From positions 5,056,001 through 5,120,000 of the forward strand of contig OZ245046.1 in the NCBI GenBank assembly GCA_965224245.1: a stretch of DNA of 64,000 bases. Reading direction: 5' to 3'. Of this stretch, positions 29,655 through 38,700 are shown piece by piece (positions within the stretch are counted from its first letter, which is position 1; each line of letters starts with the position of its first letter). The notes below the pieces were generated by a model. The model saw only the letters and a list, made by a program, of their open reading frames with translations. It had not been told where the DNA came from and did no database searches. A program made the translations under genes and the position numbers. The DNA comes from Candidatus Eiseniibacteriota bacterium (lineage in GTDB: Bacteria; Eisenbacteria; RBG-16-71-46; CAZAMP01).

Positions 29655-29688
29655 GCGGGCCGCTCCGACCCTTCCGAGGGCGGCCCGC
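29655..29688. terminator. GC stem-loop between convergent genes
   Basis: GCGGGCCGCTC / GGGCGGCCCGC inverted repeat, no U-tract. Confidence 0.45.
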
Positions 29689-29709
29689 TCGCCGATCATT
29701 CCCGAGGCG

Positions 29710-31266
29710 TCAGACCTCGATCTGTGCCAGGAACTCCTCGGTGGAGTTCGTCTTGCTGAGCCCGTGGACGAGCTTCTCGACGCAGTCCTCGAGCTTCATG
29801 CGCGCGATCGTCCGGCGTAGCGTGTAGACCTTCTGCAGGTTCTCCGGACGCAGGAGCTTCTCCTCCTTGCGCGTGCCCGACTTCGGAATGTCGATGGCCG
29901 GGAAGATGCGCTTCTCCGAGAGCTTCCGGTCCAGGATCAGCTCGGCGTTGCCGGTGCCCTTGAACTCCTGGAAGATCAGCTCGTCCATCTTGGAGCCGGT
30001 CTCCACGAGCGCGGTCCCGATGATGGTCAGGCTGCCGCCGTCCTCGACGTTGCGCGCGGCGCCGAAGATCTGACGAGGTCGCTCCATCGCGCGAGCGTCC
30101 ACGCCGCCGGTCATCGTGCGGCCACGACCCTCGATCAGGTTGTTGTACGCCCGCGCCAGTCGCGTGATCGAGTCGAGCAGCATCACGACGTCGTGACCGA
30201 GCTCGACCAGGCGCATGCACCGCTTCCAGACGGCCTCGGCGAGCGCGGTCTGTGTCTCTGCCAGCTCGTCGTTGGTCGACGCGTACACCTCGCCGTCGCA
30301 GTTGCGCCGCCAGTCGGTGGCTTCCTCGGGCCGCTCGTCGACCAGGAGCACCAGCAGCTTGGTGTCGGGGTAGTGCTTGGAGATGCCGTCGGCCAGGTCG
30401 CGCAGGATCGTGGTCTTGCCCGAGCGAGGCGGCGACACGATGAGGCCCCGCTGCCCCTTGCCGATCGGGCAGAACATGTCCAGGAGCCGCATCGAGATCG
30501 GGCCGCCGTCCTTGCCCAGCTCGTAGTGCTCGTCCGGGTCGATCGACAGGAGCCGCTTGAACTCGGGGACACGCACCATCGCGGCCGGATCCTCGCCGTC
30601 GACCTTGTGCACCTCGGTCAGCTGGTGGCGATTGCCGCTGGAGGCGACCAGGCCTTCGATGTAGCTCCCCTCGTGTAAGTTGTTCTTTTCTATCAGGTTG
30701 CGATTGACGGCGATGTCCTCGGGGGTCGACAGGAAGCGATTCTCGGCCTTGCGGAGCACGCCGTGCCCCTGGCGTTCGACGAGGAGCATGCCGGTCTGCA
30801 CGGACGTCGTCTGGGGTCCGCCGCCGCCTCGGCCGCTCCGCGATCGGGTGCGGCCGCCGGAGCGACGATCCTGGCGGCCGGAGCCGCCACCACGCGACTG
30901 CCGTTCAGGCCGCCCCGAGCCCGAACGCGATCGGCGGGCGCCCGGCGTGGCCCCGTTGGACCGACGCCCGTTGGGGGCTCCCCAGCGTCCATCGCCGCCA
31001 TCGGCGCGGTCTCGCGACCTGTCGTCGCGGTTTGACGGTCTGCCGGATCTACGACCGGGGCCACCCCGGCGGGGACGATCACCGCCGGCGCGGTTACCGT
31101 CTGCCTCGGCGCCGAGTCCGCCGTCGCGCTCCTCGGAGCCGGGGCGCCGGGAGTCCGGGCGGGGACGCCGCGAGCGCGTTGTGGATCGGCCGTCTCCGGA
31201 CGGGCGCCGGCGACCGTGACCGCTCCCGCGCTTGGGGCGATCAGTGGGTCTGTCTGACGATCCCAA
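29710..31266 (-). CDS. rho: Transcription termination factor Rho with a long R/G/S-rich N-terminal extension
   Basis: [60 protein letters not shown]. Probable TTG start at 31266 after GAGGT. Confidence 0.93.
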   Translation of the reverse strand: MGSSDRPTDRPKRGSGHGRRRPSGDGRSTTRSRRPRPDSRRPGSEERDGGLGAEADGNRAGGDRPRRGGPGRRSGRPSNRDDRSRDRADGGDGRWGAPNGRRSNGATPGARRSRSGSGRPERQSRGGGSGRQDRRSGGRTRSRSGRGGGGPQTTSVQTGMLLVERQGHGVLRKAENRFLSTPEDIAVNRNLIEKNNLHEGSYIEGLVASSGNRHQLTEVHKVDGEDPAAMVRVPEFKRLLSIDPDEHYELGKDGGPISMRLLDMFCPIGKGQRGLIVSPPRSGKTTILRDLADGISKHYPDTKLLVLLVDERPEEATDWRRNCDGEVYASTNDELAETQTALAEAVWKRCMRLVELGHDVVMLLDSITRLARAYNNLIEGRGRTMTGGVDARAMERPRQIFGAARNVEDGGSLTIIGTALVETGSKMDELIFQEFKGTGNAELILDRKLSEKRIFPAIDIPKSGTRKEEKLLRPENLQKVYTLRRTIARMKLEDCVEKLVHGLSKTNSTEEFLAQIEV

Positions 31267-31582
31267 ACGTAACCTCTGGGCTGTGGTGAAGCGAAGCGCG
31301 CGCTCAGGGGCGTACCCCTCGAACCGTGGTGTCAGCGCGCGAAAAAACGCCAGAATTGGTGAGCGCGAAGAGATTTTCTTTGGTTGGTCGGAAGCGCGTA
31401 GCTTCCCGGTAAGAGCGCTGACCAACGAAGCGTACACGACCCGGCGGGCGGAATCCAAGGTCGAATGTGGACCGATCGTACATCGGCCCGATCCCCGAGA
31501 GTGCTTCGGTTTGGATCCGGACCCCGGTAACATCCCTTTATATCGACCGGTCCACCCCTTCTCTTTGGGAGTTTCGTCGCCC

Positions 31583-33382
31583 ATGACCACACGTCTCGAC
31601 AGGCCCAAGGCCCGGGTCCAGGCGCTCCGGGAGCGCATGCGCCGGGAGGAGCTCGCGGCCTATCTCGTTCCGAGCACCGACGATCACCACGACGAGTACG
31701 TTCCGCCCTGCTGGGAGCGCCGGGCCTGGATGAGTGGCTTCACCGGCTCCGCGGGCGAGCTCCTGGTGACGCTCGACGGCGCACACCTCTGGACCGACGG
31801 CCGGTACTTCGCGCAGGCCACCCGCGAGCTCCGGGGCAGCGGCATCGCGCTGATGAAGATGGGCCAGAAGGGCGTCCCCGTGCTGGCGGACTTCCTTGCC
31901 GACTGCGTCCGGAGCGGAGGCGCGATCGGAGTCGATCCGCGCGTGCTGATGCACGCGCGCCACGAGAGCATCCAGCGCGCGCTCCGGGGCGGAAAGGGCG
32001 AGCTGCGGCTCGTCGACGCGAACCTGGTCGACGAGATCTGGGAGGACCGCCCCCCGATCCCCGACGAGCCGGTGCAGCTTCACGGGCGTCGCTGGGCCGG
32101 CGAGACCACCCGGAAGAAGCTGACCCGACTCCGGAAAGCGATGCGCGAGCGCGGGGTCGATGCGCTCGTGATCTCCGCGCTCGATCAGCTCGCCTGGGCA
32201 TTCAACGTGCGGGGCGCCGACGTCGCGTACAACCCGCTCGCGATCGGATACGGCCTGATCACCGCCGAGGGCGCCGAGCTGTTCGTCGCTCCGGGCAAGG
32301 TCGGCCCGGTGGTCGCGAAGAAGCTGTCGGGGGTGACGGTTCGGGGGTACGGCGAGATCGCCGAGGCCTGCCGGGCCCTGGGCGCCGCCAACGCGCGCGT
32401 CTGGATCGATCCCGCGTGCACGAACATGTGGCTCGTGGGTCATCTCGACGGCGCCGACCTGGTCGAGCTGCCCTCGCCGATCACCGCGATGAAGGCGGTC
32501 AAGAACGACGTCGAGCTTGCCGGCATGCAGGCGTCGCAGGTGCGCGACGGCGTGGCCATGGTTCGCTTCCTCCGGTGGCTCGAGCGCGAGGTGCCCAGGG
32601 GCGGCGTCACCGAGATCTCGGCGGCCGACAAGCTCACGTCGCTGCGGGCGAAGGGCGAGCACTTCCGGGGACCGAGCTTCCGGACGATCTCGGGGTACGG
32701 TCCGAACGGCGCGATCATCCACTACACGGTCACGCCGGCGACCAACCTTCCGCTGGAGCCGAGGGGGCTGTACCTCGTGGACTCCGGCGGGCAGTACCTC
32801 GACGGCACGACGGACATCACGCGCACGGTGCTCCTGGGCAAGAAGGCGACGAAGGCCCAGAAGGACCAGTTCACACGGGTCCTGCAGGGGCACATCGCGC
32901 TGGCGCGTGCGGTGTTTCCCGAGAGCGTGCGCGGCGTGCGGCTGGATCTCCTGGCCCGACGCCCCCTGTGGGACGCCGGTCTCGACTACAACCACGGCAC
33001 CGGCCACGGCGTCGGCTCGTACCTCGGCGTTCACGAGGGTCCGCAGTCGATCGGAACCCGCGAGACCGACGCGGCGTTGGAGCCGGGGAACGTGCTCACC
33101 AACGAGCCGGGCTACTACGTCGAGGGCGAGTACGGCATCCGCATCGAGAACCTGATCGCCGTCCGACCCGACGAGACACGCTCGCACGACGGGACTCGCT
33201 TCCTCGCGTTCGAGACGCTCACGCTGTGCCCGATCGACCGGCGGCTGATCGACGTCCGGCTCCTGAGCGGCGAGGAACGCAAGTGGCTCAACCGGTATCA
33301 CAAGCGCGTCAAGCGCGAGCTGTCGCCGCATCTCGGAAGGGACGATCGCGCGTGGCTCTCGAAGGCGTGCGCCACGATCTGA
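31583..33382 (+). CDS. Aminopeptidase P family (M24B Xaa-Pro aminopeptidase)
   Basis: D.H..EY, SGFTGSAG, WTDGRY, DSGGQYLDGTTDITRT, HGTGHGVG..L.VHEGP, NEPGYY, GIRIEN. Confidence 0.95.
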   Translation: MTTRLDRPKARVQALRERMRREELAAYLVPSTDDHHDEYVPPCWERRAWMSGFTGSAGELLVTLDGAHLWTDGRYFAQATRELRGSGIALMKMGQKGVPVLADFLADCVRSGGAIGVDPRVLMHARHESIQRALRGGKGELRLVDANLVDEIWEDRPPIPDEPVQLHGRRWAGETTRKKLTRLRKAMRERGVDALVISALDQLAWAFNVRGADVAYNPLAIGYGLITAEGAELFVAPGKVGPVVAKKLSGVTVRGYGEIAEACRALGAANARVWIDPACTNMWLVGHLDGADLVELPSPITAMKAVKNDVELAGMQASQVRDGVAMVRFLRWLEREVPRGGVTEISAADKLTSLRAKGEHFRGPSFRTISGYGPNGAIIHYTVTPATNLPLEPRGLYLVDSGGQYLDGTTDITRTVLLGKKATKAQKDQFTRVLQGHIALARAVFPESVRGVRLDLLARRPLWDAGLDYNHGTGHGVGSYLGVHEGPQSIGTRETDAALEPGNVLTNEPGYYVEGEYGIRIENLIAVRPDETRSHDGTRFLAFETLTLCPIDRRLIDVRLLSGEERKWLNRYHKRVKRELSPHLGRDDRAWLSKACATI

Positions 33383-33417
33383 TGCGCGGTGGAAGGGCGC
33401 GGGCCGCCGGGACACGG

Positions 33418-34494
33418 ATGACGCGGACGCTGAGCGCCGCGCCGATCGCGGTCGTTCTGATGTGGTCGGCGGGGGTCGCTCCCGCTCCCGCCGACGCCGG
33501 CATGCCGGCGGTCATCCAGAAGTACCGCTTCGAGACGATGACGATGGGCACGTACGCGTCGGTGACCATCGTCGCGCCGGACTCCGCGTGGGCCGCGGAT
33601 GCCGCCCACGAGGCGCACGCCGCGCTGTGGGCGGTCGATTCGCTGATGAGCAACTGGACCGACACGAGCGAGATCGCGCGAATCAACCGCGAGCTCGGCC
33701 CGTCGGCCATCCCGGTCGAGCCCGAGGTGGGTGACGTGATCGCGCTCGCCCTCGACGTCTGGCAGGCCTCGCAGGGCGCGTTCGACGTGACCGTCGAGCC
33801 GCTCGTTCGCGCATGGGGATTCCTGGGGGGACGGCCCGCGGTTCCGAGTCCGGGCGATCTCCGAGGGGCCCTGGCGCTCGTCGGGTCCCAGCACGTCGAT
33901 TTCGATCGGGTCGGCCGCACGATCGCGACCGACCTGCCCGGCGTCTCGATCGACCTCGGCGGCATCGCCAAGGGGCACGGCGTCGACCGCGCCGCCGGGC
34001 GGCTGGTCGCGCGCGGCGTCCACGACGCGCTCGTCGACGTCTCGGGCAACATGATGGCTCTCGGTCATCCCATGGGACGGGACGCGTGGGTCATCGGCGT
34101 TCGCGATCCGCGCGGCGAGGTCGACTACATCGCGAGGCTCTCCATCCGCGACCGCGCGATCGCGACGTCGGGCGCCTACGAGCAGTTCGTGGTGGCCGAC
34201 GGCCGGACGTACGGCCACATCCTCGACCCCCGGACGGGCTGGCCGGCCGACGGCCTCACGTCGACCACCGTCCTGGCGCCGACCGCGGCCGAGGCGGACG
34301 CCTGGAGCACGGCGTTCTTCGTGCTCGGGCTCGACGGCGCGCGCGAGGTGCTCTCGGAGAACCCCGAACTGACGGTCGTGCTCGTCGCGGAGGACGACGA
34401 CGGACGCGAGCACGTCTGGATCTCGCCGTCGCTGGCGGACGCGTTCGAGCCGGAGCCGTCGCTGACCGGCCGGTTCGAGGTGAGCACGCTGTGA
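33418..34494 (+). CDS. apbE: FAD:protein FMN transferase (alternative start 33382)
   Basis: TMGT, SEI.RIN, GAFDVTV.PL..WGF, DLGGIAKG, ATSG.YE, HILDPRTG.P, AD..STA. Confidence 0.93.
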   Translation: MTRTLSAAPIAVVLMWSAGVAPAPADAGMPAVIQKYRFETMTMGTYASVTIVAPDSAWAADAAHEAHAALWAVDSLMSNWTDTSEIARINRELGPSAIPVEPEVGDVIALALDVWQASQGAFDVTVEPLVRAWGFLGGRPAVPSPGDLRGALALVGSQHVDFDRVGRTIATDLPGVSIDLGGIAKGHGVDRAAGRLVARGVHDALVDVSGNMMALGHPMGRDAWVIGVRDPRGEVDYIARLSIRDRAIATSGAYEQFVVADGRTYGHILDPRTGWPADGLTSTTVLAPTAAEADAWSTAFFVLGLDGAREVLSENPELTVVLVAEDDDGREHVWISPSLADAFEPEPSLTGRFEVSTL

Positions 34495-35675
34495 GGGCCC
34501 CGTTCTGGCTCGCGCTCGCCGTCGCATACGCTCCGGCCCGCGCCGACGTCCCCGTGGAGACGACGGTCGTCACGCTGGAGGAGCGATGGCGCATCGGCGG
34601 CGAGAGCGAGGATCCCGACGAGCTCTTCGGCGTCCTGAACCAGATCGCCGTCGACGCGGCCGGCAACGTGTACCTGCTGGACGCCCAGCTCACGGTGGTT
34701 CACGTGTTCGACGCCGACGGTGCGTTCCTGCGCCGCATCGGACGCGAGGGCGAGGGGCCGGGTGAGTTCCGGCGCCCCGCCGATCTCCTGCTGCTCGACG
34801 ACGGCACCGTGGGCGTGGTCCAGCGCGCGCCGGGCAAGATCGTCCTGATGTCGCCGGACGGCGCGCCGGCGGGCGAGGTGGTGCCGTCGATCGGCGACTC
34901 CGACACGTTCGTGATGCTCTCGTCGGCCAGCGCCGGCGCCGACGGGACGATACTCGCGACCGTAGGCCAGCGACGGTTCCGCTCCGGTCGCCGGTCGGGC
35001 TCCACGTCGCTGGTGCGTCTCTCTCGCGACGGCGAGGCTCTCCACACGTTCGCGTCCATGGAGCAGACGGGCGACCTCCTCGAGATCCGCGAGCGCGACG
35101 GTGGGATGTTCGGCGGTCTCGTCTGGGCCGCGGCGCCCGGTGGTCGGGTGTTCGTGTCGCCGCGGTTCGACGCGTACGAGATCGACGTCCATGCCCCCGA
35201 CGGGGCCGCGATCGGCACGTGGTCGGCGCCGTACACCTCGCGCGTACGGTCGGACGACGAGCGGGTGCGGATGAAGCGACGTTTCGCGCGCCCGCCGCGC
35301 GGTCGGCGCGGTCAGGGGCCGCCACCGGTCGTCATCAGCGAGACCGACCGGGACGTGCAGCACCTGTATCCGCGTGCGGGTGGATCACTGTGGGTCGTGT
35401 CGAGCAGCGGCGCGTTCGACGCCCCCGAAGGCGCGATCGCGACGTTCGACGAGTTCGACGCGACGGGCGCGGTCACCAGGCGCATCACGCTGCTGGGCGA
35501 AGGAGACTTCCACCTGGACGGCGTGTACGTGGAAGGCGATCGCGTCTTCGTGGTCACCGGGCTGTGGGACGCCGTTCTCGCCAGCAGAGGGCTCGCGGCC
35601 GGCGAGAGCGAGACCGACGACGAGAGTGCCGAGCCGGTCTCGGTCATCTGCTACTCGATGCCGCTCGAAGGCTGA
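34491..35675 (+). CDS. Exported 6-bladed beta-propeller (NHL-like) protein
   Basis: GTGA overlap with apbE, signal peptide, VD..GNVYLLD, IGREGEGPGEF..P. Confidence 0.8.
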   Translation: MRAPFWLALAVAYAPARADVPVETTVVTLEERWRIGGESEDPDELFGVLNQIAVDAAGNVYLLDAQLTVVHVFDADGAFLRRIGREGEGPGEFRRPADLLLLDDGTVGVVQRAPGKIVLMSPDGAPAGEVVPSIGDSDTFVMLSSASAGADGTILATVGQRRFRSGRRSGSTSLVRLSRDGEALHTFASMEQTGDLLEIRERDGGMFGGLVWAAAPGGRVFVSPRFDAYEIDVHAPDGAAIGTWSAPYTSRVRSDDERVRMKRRFARPPRGRRGQGPPPVVISETDRDVQHLYPRAGGSLWVVSSSGAFDAPEGAIATFDEFDATGAVTRRITLLGEGDFHLDGVYVEGDRVFVVTGLWDAVLASRGLAAGESETDDESAEPVSVICYSMPLEG

Positions 35676-35691
35676 CCGCCGGGCGACACGC

Positions 35692-35719
35692 CGGGGCCGC
35701 CCCTCGTGGAGCGGCCCCG
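35692..35719. terminator. GC stem-loop between convergent genes
   Basis: CGGGGCCGC / GCGGCCCCG inverted repeat, no U-tract. Confidence 0.45.
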
Positions 35720-35729
35720 TGCCACGACG

Positions 35730-38700
35730 TCAGTCGATGACGACCGTCGATCGCGTGGCGACGAACCCGTCGGCACGCATGCGAACGAAGTAGACGCCGG
35801 CGGCGACGGCGTGTCCGTCGGTGGTCCGGCGATCCCACGAGACCCGATGCCGGCCCTCCTCGACCCGACGCTCGATCAGCGTCTTCACCAGACGGCCCGC
35901 CACGTCGTATACGCGCATGTCGACCCTCGCTCCGCCGGCCGGGACGTCGAACGGAATGGACGTCGTGCGCCGGAACGGGTTGGGCAGTGCTCTGTGGAGG
36001 CGATATGCGGCGGGTGCGGCTTGGGACGGAGGTGTCGGCAGTATCTCCTCGTCGCACGCGTCGCCGGTCCCGTCTCCGTCGGTGTCGGCCTGATCGGGGT
36101 TGTAGACCAGGGGGCAGTTGTCGCACGCGTCCCCGATCCCGTCGGGGCTCGCACCGCCCTCGTCGATCGCGATCGCGTCGAGACGCACCTCGGTCGTCCT
36201 CACGCCGGAGCCGTCCTCGGCATAGTCGCTGCTTGCCCGGAACGTGACCGTCCAGGCGCCGGGTCGAGGCATCCCGTACTTCGCGGTGTACGCGGCGCCG
36301 AAGTCCCAGGTCCAGTCGAGCGAGTCGCCGGGGCTGACCAGGTGCTCCACGTCGCCGCCGAGCCCGCCCGTCGTGCTGAAGCGGTACGCCACCGCGTTCG
36401 AGCCGAAGGCATCCCGCGCGACGACATCGAAGAACGAGTGACCGGTGCCGCCGGTCCCCTGGATCTGATCGAAGCGGAGAAGCGCCCCGACCCGGCTGGC
36501 CATCGAGTCCGCGTCCGCGGTGATGGCCGCCCGGACGTTCCACGGAGAGCACGAGTCGTCGGATCGTGCGTAGAGACGCGCGCTCAGCGAGCCCATGAGC
36601 GCGTCGCCGACGAGGCTCGACGACCAGTCACCCGGGCACACGGACCCGGACTGGGCTCCATCCGTCGAGTACGCGAAGCTCCAGCCGTCGAACGTTCCGT
36701 CCTCGAAGTCCTCCACGACGAAGACGCCGTCGGAGTCGTCCTGATCGGGATTGAACGTCGTCGGGCAGTTGTCGTCGTGATCGTAGATCCCGTCACCGTC
36801 CGCGTCCGCGGCGAACGTGACCATGAGCGTGTCCCGGCTCGTCAGCCCGCCCGAGTCCGTGACGCGGACCACGACCGGGTAGCTCAGGGTCGAGTCCGCG
36901 TAGAGATGCGAGGCCCGGATCGAGCCGCTGCCGAACGGAGGGTCGTGCTCCTCCAGCACGTCGGCCGAGGTGACGGTTCCGTCGCCGAAGTCCACGTCGG
37001 CCGTGTGGACGTCGAGCCAGTCCGCGTCGACGAAGCCGGCATTCACGTGAAGAGAGTCGCCGAACACGATGACGCGATCGACTCCGGCGCTGACGATCGG
37101 AGCACTGGAACCGACCGTGACCGCGACCTGGTCGGCGGCGGTGCCGCCGGCGTCGTCGGCTTCCACGCGAACGAGATGCTCGCCGGGGACACCGCTCCCC
37201 GGCCACACGTATGGTAGCGACGTGCTCTCGACGACACCGTCGACGAGGACACGAACCGCCGTGACCGGAGGCTCCAGGTTGTCCACGATCACGGCATCGA
37301 CGGTCAGCGGCAGGCCGACCCCGATCGTGGTCTCCGAGAAGGGCTGGGTGATCGACACCACGAAATCGCCCTCTCGAACGTAGCCCGAGCTCTCGGTGTC
37401 GTAGTTGTCCGCGCTCCCACTCTCGTACACCGCCAGGGCGGGATCGGTCAGCTCGGCGTCGAAGGCCGTCTGCGCGTCTCCGTTCACGATCGAGTGCTCG
37501 AGCACGTCGATGTCGGAGGGTGTCCAGCCGTACGCGGTCAGGAACGCGATCGTCTCGTCCGGGAGCCCGTTCTCGGCGACGCCCTCCTGCATCTCCTGGA
37601 GATCCTCCAGCGAGAGCGCCACGCCCGCCGCATCGTACTCGGCCTGGAGCGCCGCCCGGAGCGGAGCGAGCGACTCGAGCGCGTCGCCGTTCCACGACGC
37701 GAAGTCGAGCATCCGCTGAGCCTGCAGCTCGATCCAGGGCGCATCGTCCGCCTCGATCGCACCGAGGAGCTTGCGCACGGTCGCCTGGTAGGCCTGCATG
37801 CCGGCCACGAGGTCCCGCTGGCCCATGAAGAGATCGACCGCCGCACGGCTCATCGAGTCCGACCAGGTGGGCAGATCGACCGGAGGGAAGTCCAGCTCGA
37901 CGAGCACCATGTAGTCCGGATCCGGATCCGGCGGATCGTTGGCCTCGATGCAGGCCTCGTCCGCGAGCTCGAACAGCGCTGCCGCGAGCGCGGCCTCGGT
38001 ACCGGCGAGGATGCAGCACGGCACGCAGGTCCCGAACGACGCCGCGCACGCCACCGCGTTGGCGGCCGCCAGGCCGACATGCGTCCAGGCCAGCCAGTAG
38101 TCCGAGAACGACACCCAGAACCACCCGATCTTTGCGGTCGGAACCTGCACCTCGACCGCGAGCGGGCCGGTGTCGACGGCCCAGGGACCGCCGAGAGGAC
38201 CGTCGTCGAAGAAATCACCGACCACCTGGTAGTCGAACGTCCTGGCGATGTCGCCGATGACGCCGTTGCAGTTCCCGCCCGTCCAGTCCCAGTTCTGGCT
38301 CAACGGAGGAAACGTGAGCTGCGCGGTGGTGCCCGGCGCGATCGGCAGCCCAGCCGGCGTGAACGGGTTCGTGACGCCACAGCACGCCGCGCCGTCCTCG
38401 GTCACGGTAAGCTCGGCGTCGTCGAACGCGAACCAGTTGGAGTCCGGGTTCGACATCTCCAGCGTGAGAAGGTAGTCGACGTCCCAGATCGGGAACACGG
38501 GGTTCACGTCGAGATCGACGATCGGCGGCGAGCCGACACCGAGGAGCTGCGTGCACGTCGCGGAGTTGCCGGCGGCGTCCAGGACGCTCCAGGTGACGAG
38601 TCGACGACCCGGTCCGGTCCACGTTCCGGAGAAGTCGTTCGTCGGCGAGCCGACGCCGGGGCAGTTGTCGGACACCGACGCCGAGCCGATGGACGTGATC

